This document shows, in pieces, positions 57,986 to 64,000 of a stretch of 64,000 bases of DNA. How positions within the stretch are numbered: the first letter of the stretch is position 1; each line of letters opens with the position of its first letter. A program made the position numbers and the translations under genes. The notes below the pieces were generated by a model that worked only from the letters and a program-made list of their open reading frames with translations, was not told the DNA's origin and searched no databases. This DNA comes from Podarcis erhardii (lineage: Eukaryota), in NCBI GenBank assembly GCA_964252035.1, contig OZ176205.1. One strand, given 5' to 3'.

Positions 57986-58159
57986 GGTTAATCTCAGCTA
58001 TGGTTTATTATAACGTCTGCTTCTGAAACCAATGTTTGAAATCAACTTATATCAGTAAGCCATAGTTAAAAATTAGCCACAGTTTATGGAGGTTCAGACA
58101 TAACACTAAATGGAGTTAGTTACACAGAGAACTGAATGTTTCCCATTCCCCACTCTGAG

Positions 58160-58205
58160 ACCTCTGGGTATAGGGTGGTATAAAAATTCAATCAATCAAT
58201 CAATC
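58160..58205 (+). mobile_element. L2-type 3' tail with (ATCA)n
   Basis: CTCTGAGACCTCTGGGTATAGGGTGGTATAAAAATTCAATCAATCAATCAATC, same tail type as at 30840-31140. Confidence 0.55.
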
Positions 58206-59169
58206 ATCTCCTCCTTGCAGCCGCACTGGGAGAAGAAACAAAGTGGGAGAGCACATGAGCCTGAGGCTTGTTCATGTAATAATAGACCACAATGTACCAC
58301 TTCCTGTGAATTCAGTCTGCATTGTGATGTTGGGAAAAATACAGTTCTTCCCCTAGCTAAGTCATGCAGTGCACTTCCAAGTGGCATGTGATATTTGGTA
58401 CCGCAAGCCTGCCATCCTCAGTGACGAGTGATGCTGCTCACTAATAGATATTTTTGACCTTTAAAGATACGGTAAGTTACCTATTTTGAAGCTGAGTGCA
58501 GTCCACCCACACTGTGCCAGTAGGACCATTTGCCAATCTCTCTCTCTCAAAACAGGAAATATTAGCAAGGCGATCTTTCTACCACCCCCTTGCTGCAATA
58601 TCTTGCATTTCATGAACCTCTTGATTAAAACAACTGGTTTTTTGTTGCCTGTTTAGGTCTTTGAGTGTTGTGCTGTTAAATCGTGGGCCAGGAATCTTTT
58701 TCAGCCTAGGGGCCACATACTCTTCCGTGCAGCCTTCTAGGGGCCACGTGCCAGGGCTTGGTGGGGCCAGAGGCAAAAGTGGGGACAGTGACAAATGTGA
58801 CTTTTACCTTTGTACAGTAGGCTAGTATATTCCCCCCCCTTTTCTTTCTTGTATTAAAAAATCAATCAATAAAAATGATTTTTTTAGATCAATTCATTTA
58901 TTAAACTCTGTACAGGAGAACTGTGTTTATAGCAGTGTAGGTTTTAATTACAGTCAGAAAGCTTTTAGTGATAATTTTATTTGTAAACTGCTTTGAGGTT
59001 TTCCTACAATCAAGCAGTATATAAATTTTATGAAATAATAAAAGAAAATAAATAAAAGAAAAAAGTGTGTGTTTTGGGCTCTGCGATCTTGCGTGGGTGA
59101 AAGACACACAATCCCGGTTTTGGGATTCAGCATGCTGGAGGGTATGAATCTATTCCCCTCCATTCTGTT

Positions 59170-59762
59170 GAGAGAGGATAATAAGAATGGCAGATGAAGG
59201 TGATGGACTATATGGAACTGGCGGAAATGACTGGCAGAATCCGAGACCAGGGAGAAGAGTCGGTGGAGGAAGATTGGAGGAAATTTAAAGACTATTTACA
59301 GAAACACTGTAAAATTAATATCTGTTAGAAGGATGTTGGAACAATATTATATGATTTTAGCAGGAAGGATATAAAGGATTTGGGAATAACTGACTGTTAA
59401 TTGGTGAAGGGAGGAAAAGTAAAGCTACATTATATTAAAACAATTTACAGGACAAAAATTTTAAAAGAGGGAAAGGACCTAGAATACAAAATAGAATACA
59501 AAATAGACCTAGAATACAAAAAAGGGAGGTGTGAGGAGGTCAAGGAAATAAGCTAATGAAAGAATGGTAATGAGGAGATCTGATGCATTTTCTTTTTTGC
59601 GTTTTTGTTTTTGTTTAATGGGTTTTATTTCTCTGTGGTTTTTTTTTTCTTCCTCTTTTTTATATTGTGGTGTGTTGTTTTGTTTTTGTTTAATGTGGTA
59701 TGTTTATTTTTTCTTTCTGTATTTGTTGAAACTTTAATAAATATTATTTAAAAAATAAAAAA
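59170..59762 (+). mobile_element. L1 LINE extreme 3' end (last ORF2 codons, 3' UTR, poly-A)
   Basis: EWQMKVMDYMELAEMTGRIRDQGEESVEEDWRKFKDYLQKHCKINIC*, T-rich 3' UTR, AATAAA then A-rich tail. Confidence 0.88.
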
Positions 59763-60145
59763 GAGAGAGAGCATAATGTGCCACTAAGGTTCCTTTAGGA
59801 AGAACGCCAATATATACTACCAAGCTTTTTTAAAAAAATAAGATTAAATGTATGCATTTTAAAATATCTGAAATGGCTCTGAGATTTACTGCCTTCATCA
59901 ATTTCTATTTCAAATGTCATTGAATGGCTTGAGGGAGAATCCTCAAGCCCACTTTGCCTTCCTTAAGTCTGACTGGTTTGATTGTTATGAAGGCAGAGTG
60001 AGACCAATCAATTTTCTTCTTGATATTGGTTTAATCCAGTGATTTCATGGTGGCTCATTTTGGTTAATTACTACTAGGCAACCTGCTTCTGTGAAAACAT
60101 GTTTATGATTGGGAGGTTTATACAATGTGAGGGCTTTGTATTTAC

Positions 60146-60308
60146 TTATTGTCTTGCATTTACATCCCACCCTCCTTTTGGCACTGAACCCAAGGCAGTA
60201 TGCATCTGGTTCCCAGGAGGTCCCCCATCCAGGCCCTGACCAGACCCAGGCCTGCCTAGCTTCAGCAAGGTGCTGGCCCTAAATGCCTTCAGACCACACC
60301 CTGGGACC
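60146..60308 (-). mobile_element. 5S rRNA-derived SINE (SINE3-type) with MIR/L2-like tail
   Basis: 60210-60264 is about 78% identical (hand alignment) to the reverse complement of the 5S box A to box C region (AGCTAGGCAGG..TGGATGGGGGACCTCCTGGGAA); tail CCTTGGGTTC..AGGAGGGTGGGATGTAAATG..AATAA. Confidence 0.7.
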
Positions 60309-60454
60309 CTGCAGCTGATTTCTAGGTTTTATCTTTTGTATAGTATGACAGATGTCTCGTGTCTGATGGGAGGTAAACAACCTGTACCATATTCTGCACA
60401 GGGCAAAGTGCTGTTGTGAGGGGATCAGTCAATCCTGGGAGAAGTATATAGTCT

Positions 60455-60609
60455 GCTTTGGCTGGGGTTGCACTCTTCCTCAAGATACAGGTTTTTAGTT
60501 TGGGGGAGCTCCTTGACCCGGCACTGTTTTAGGAAGGCTAGGAAGGTGGTAGCACTGACAAGGGGTGCCTTTCACCTGCTTAAGTCGGTAAGCCAACTGT
60601 GCCCTTACC
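60455..60609 (+). mobile_element. L2 LINE ORF2 fragment
   Basis: ALAGVALFLKIQVFSLGELLDPAL..KVVALTRGAFHLLKSVSQLCPY resembles the L2 motif DGVALPLKDQVRSLGVLLD..ARGAFYQLRLVRQLRPY. Confidence 0.7.
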
Positions 60610-62872
60610 ATGGTCATTCATGCCAGCTTCCCTGAAGATGGCTCACTGTTGATTGCCAGGAGGAAGAGGAGATAGGCTGTGGGGAAGTCAGTGTGGTGCA
60701 AATGCACATGCAGGAACACTGGCTTACACTTCCAGTTTACAGCACTGCCTTGCAACAGTGACCCACCTTCCTGGAGCTAGTGTAGTAGTCCCACCCCACA
60801 TTCTGGTCCAGAAAATGAACAAGTAACCATAGGAAACAATGCAAATTTTGAGTCATATGCTTTCTCCTCCCATTCCCAATTAGTAGCAAAAGGTTTGGAT
60901 GTAAAATTGGGGTTAAATGCCTCTGGACCTCATTTAAGATGCTGGTTCTTACCTTTGTAGGTCTAAATGTTTGGAATCTGAGCACCTTAATCTCTGCCTT
61001 CTCCTATGTGTGCCTTCCTATGCATTCCATGCGTAATCAGAAACCTTGTTCTGTGTGCACCCTTATGCAGAAGAGAACCAGGCAGGGCTTTTTCAGAAGC
61101 AGCGCAAGTGTTATAAAATGTCCTCCAAAGGGATGTCTTCTTGGCCCCATCACTTGCTAGCCTTCTATTTCTAGGTTTCAACACAGTTGTCTCAGTTGTT
61201 GGTTCGTAGTTCTCTCTCTCTCATATTTGTGCACTCCTGTTGCTGTTGGTTGGATTCTGCTTGCTTGATGCTGTTTGCAGGTTGATTTTATTGCTACTGT
61301 TTTGTTCATTGTTTGTGTTTTGATATTTCTTGCCTGTTGGCTGCTTTGAGTTTGAAAGAAAAATGAGATACATCATCAAAATCATGATCATTGCAGAGGT
61401 TACTCTCAAGACCAATACACATAATGTTACTAAAGGTGTCACTTGAAGGACAGGATATAGTATATTGCAGGAATTCTTAGCTTTGAGTTAGTAGAATGTG
61501 AGTGGGCTGGCAAAGCTAGACTTTCTACCCAGCCAGGCATAGAAAGCATATTATTTATTGCATTGTTGTTCAGAAATCCCACTAAGTGCAGTGGGTTTTA
61601 GTCACAAATAAATGTTCATAGGCTTGTAGCCTGACAGTCAGGGCCTGCACATCTAGGATGATAATGCCTGGATAGCAGGCAGTCTAGAATATGCTTCCTC
61701 TGTCAGCAGTCAACTGTAAAACGCATTTTCCATTTTGAAGATTTGTTAATATAACCTTCCTATTGTAAAACTTTTCTGGTTGGAAGCGCAAATGCTTGCT
61801 GCTCTCTGCCCATGGGTCTTTGTTATTTATGATATGTGCTTTGATCCTGAGATGGTCCTGCTGTTTATTCTTTTAGACATTTTTATTCTGTGGGTTATTA
61901 GTGGCTTGGAGGACCGTTGTGGGTCAGAAAGCAGTGCAGAGTTTTCATATAACAAATAAGGGAAGGGAAGGGCATTAGTAGTTAGATTATGGGTCCAGGA
62001 GAAAGACTGACAAAATGTACAAATAATGCAATTACTGAACTTTTCACATTCATGCAGCATTAAATTGCCTTAGCCTAATCAAAACCAATATGGCCTAATA
62101 AGCCAGCATGGAGAGCAATTTAAGGGCATTAGGACCACTTGACATTAAAGGAGCATTAGTGAAGCAAGACAGGATCAAGGAGGAAATCTTGGTGGCAAAC
62201 CTGAACAAAGGGAGCAGCAAATAAAAATAAAAATCTGTGCGTCTGTTAAATGAGCTGTTTCATATGGTGTTTCTTTCTTGATTTTAAGAAGGTGTTTCAG
62301 CTCACACTGAGTCTCAGATAAAGGGCGGGATGGAAAAGACATGTTTCAGAACCAAATATCCATTTGATAGTCGCAGTCTATTTATGGGCATCATCGTTGT
62401 AGCATACTTAAGATAGGAGATCAGTCATACAGAGTTTCTAGGACTATAGAGCTCAGCTCCCCAAGAATCTTTTGCTAAGGGAAATGCCAGCATTTTATGC
62501 TCTTCACCTTCAGCCTTTACAAAAAGCCCTTCTTCCTAAAACTCTCTGATCAGGTTAAAGCACAAGCTGTCTCCTGCTGCACCTGCTGTGTGTGTGTGTA
62601 TTTGGACACATGCCGGTGTCCGTATACCCTTCACCTTTCTCTCCTTGGGGGAACTGAGCTTGAAATCTCTCTCTCTCTCTCTCTCCACCCCCCCCCCCCG
62701 CACTCCTTTGCAATGCCTGCTGGCTGCTGCTATTGCTGCATGTGTGGCTGAGAGCATTGTTTGAATGATGAGGCTGGACTAGGTTAGATAGACCCTGGTG
62801 CCTGAGAGAGGGAGAGGCAGCAGATCTCTCCCTCTCCCTCTCTCTCCCTCTCCCTCTCTCTTGCCTGCCCAG

Positions 62873-63148
62873 AAATCAGAACAGAAAGACAGAAAGCAGC
62901 TGCTGTCTTCCCTGAACTCAAGGAGAGTAGAGAAGTTTAAAGATGGGGGAAGCATACTGGACCACCACATCCCTATCCTTGCCGGCACAGGACTTTCCGT
63001 TATGGCACATTTCCTAAGGGCACAGGGGAACCGGCTGTGCTCCGGGAAGACTTACCTTTCACCCACCTTCCAGGGACATGGTTGCAGGCAGGGAACGCAG
63101 CTGAGACTTTGCCACCATGCTCAAGTTCCGAGCGGACCGTCGGGTCAG
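62873..63148 (+). other. Candidate exon containing 5' UTR and start codon
   Basis: About 45-nt polypyrimidine tract and CAG acceptor (62870-72); donor CAG|GTAGGA at 63148/9; CpG-enriched 3' half. Confidence 0.55.
63117..63148 (+). CDS. Candidate first coding segment of an unidentified gene: MLKFRADRRV plus AG (phase 2)
   Basis: GCCACCATG Kozak, in-frame upstream stop TGA at 63102-04, followed directly by a GT donor; the rest of the gene would lie beyond the window. Confidence 0.5.
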
Positions 63149-64000
63149 GTAGGATTTTCCAGGAGATGCTGCAAGGCTGTAGAGCGGAGGCAGCGGGGTC
63201 GCGGCCTTGTCATTCTTGCTCTGGGGGCTCATGTGTTTCAAAGAATGGCTCACTGGGAACTTCATTTTGGTCAGTGACTGCTGCATTGCAGTGCTGGGGT
63301 AGCAGATGCTTAACTCAGGAGTTTGTGGAATAGGACCAGGAGAGGCAGCTGCTGGGGAGGGAATATTTAAGGCGGTTCTGGGGAAGTTAGCTCAGTGGCA
63401 TTAGTGCTGGACCCTGAAAGCTGGAACTGGGGGGGGGGGGAGAAGGAGGTGGTTGGACGAGTGCCAGCAGGAGGTGCAGAAGCCACACACAACTACAAAG
63501 GATTCTGAAGGGAGGAGGAGGGAGCCTGAGAATAAAAGGCAAACCTGCTTCTGGCTGAACTGATTAAAGAACCCTTCTGAATAAAGGCTGGAAGCAAAAC
63601 AGTGCAATGGCTATAAAAAGTCCCACAGGCTATACCTGTCCATGAATAACACTCTGGGTGGTTTCGGCAGCTCCAGGAAAGTTAGTTTTCACATGGCTTT
63701 GTAATGTGTGCTCAAACTGAGGCTCTTGCTACCGTGTTCCAGTTTAGAAATGAAACAGTACTTGAAGGTAGAGTGCCAAGAAAGAAGAACGATCAGGTAA
63801 ATTTACACCAAAGCTAAGAAATATTATAATGCATGTAATAGCCCTCATAAATAACAGTAGCAGTAATATAGTACAGTACGTTCAAGATACCTGGCTCTTT
63901 ACAAGTGAATAAAAAAGACAGGCCCCTGCCCCGAGGACCTTACACTCTAAAGTTTTAATAATGGGGAAAGTCACAAGGGAGATGCAGGACGGTAAAAGCA

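Noticed and set aside
60210-60264. 5S rRNA gene
   Set aside because: Only about 55 bp at about 78% identity, with the 5' half missing.
63117-63148. N-terminus MLKFR recalls vertebrate pyruvate carboxylase (MLKFRTVHGG...)
   Set aside because: Only five residues match; the following sequence and the very short coding segment do not fit, so no gene symbol is assigned.
1-64000. Known microRNA, snoRNA, CRISPR array or prokaryotic/viral defence system
   Set aside because: I recognised no conserved miRNA mature sequence, spacer-repeat array or operon-like ORF by eye; the DNA is vertebrate intronic/intergenic. An Rfam/miRBase scan was not possible.

Overview
Vertebrate nuclear DNA, almost certainly a squamate and most likely a lacertid lizard. 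This is inferred from Sauria (Squam1/POM-like) SINEs, Squam3-type SINEs with (GAA)n tails, and CR1, RTE, L1 and L2 fragments. There is no complete protein-coding gene, functional rRNA/tRNA gene, CRISPR array or prokaryotic system. The long ORFs I could assign are retroelement remnants or microsatellite frames; the rest have no recognisable product. The window reads best as the long 5' region of one unidentified + strand gene. It has a CpG-rich TATA/Inr promoter with a non-coding first exon (about 5830-6114) and an exon at 62873-63148 carrying a perfect Kozak ATG (MLKFRADRRV, phase 2). Several weaker candidate alternative first exons lie between them. The rest is a dense mosaic of transposable elements with clean nested insertions, a 5S-derived SINE, a tRNA-Lys/CR1-tail SINE, a bipartite non-autonomous RTE element, two inverted repeat pairs, short perfect palindromes and two good CTCF motifs. 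There is a 146-nt assembly gap. I could not demonstrate a novel biological system; the best leads are listed as findings with tests. Repeat family names are from memory of consensus sequences, not a database search.
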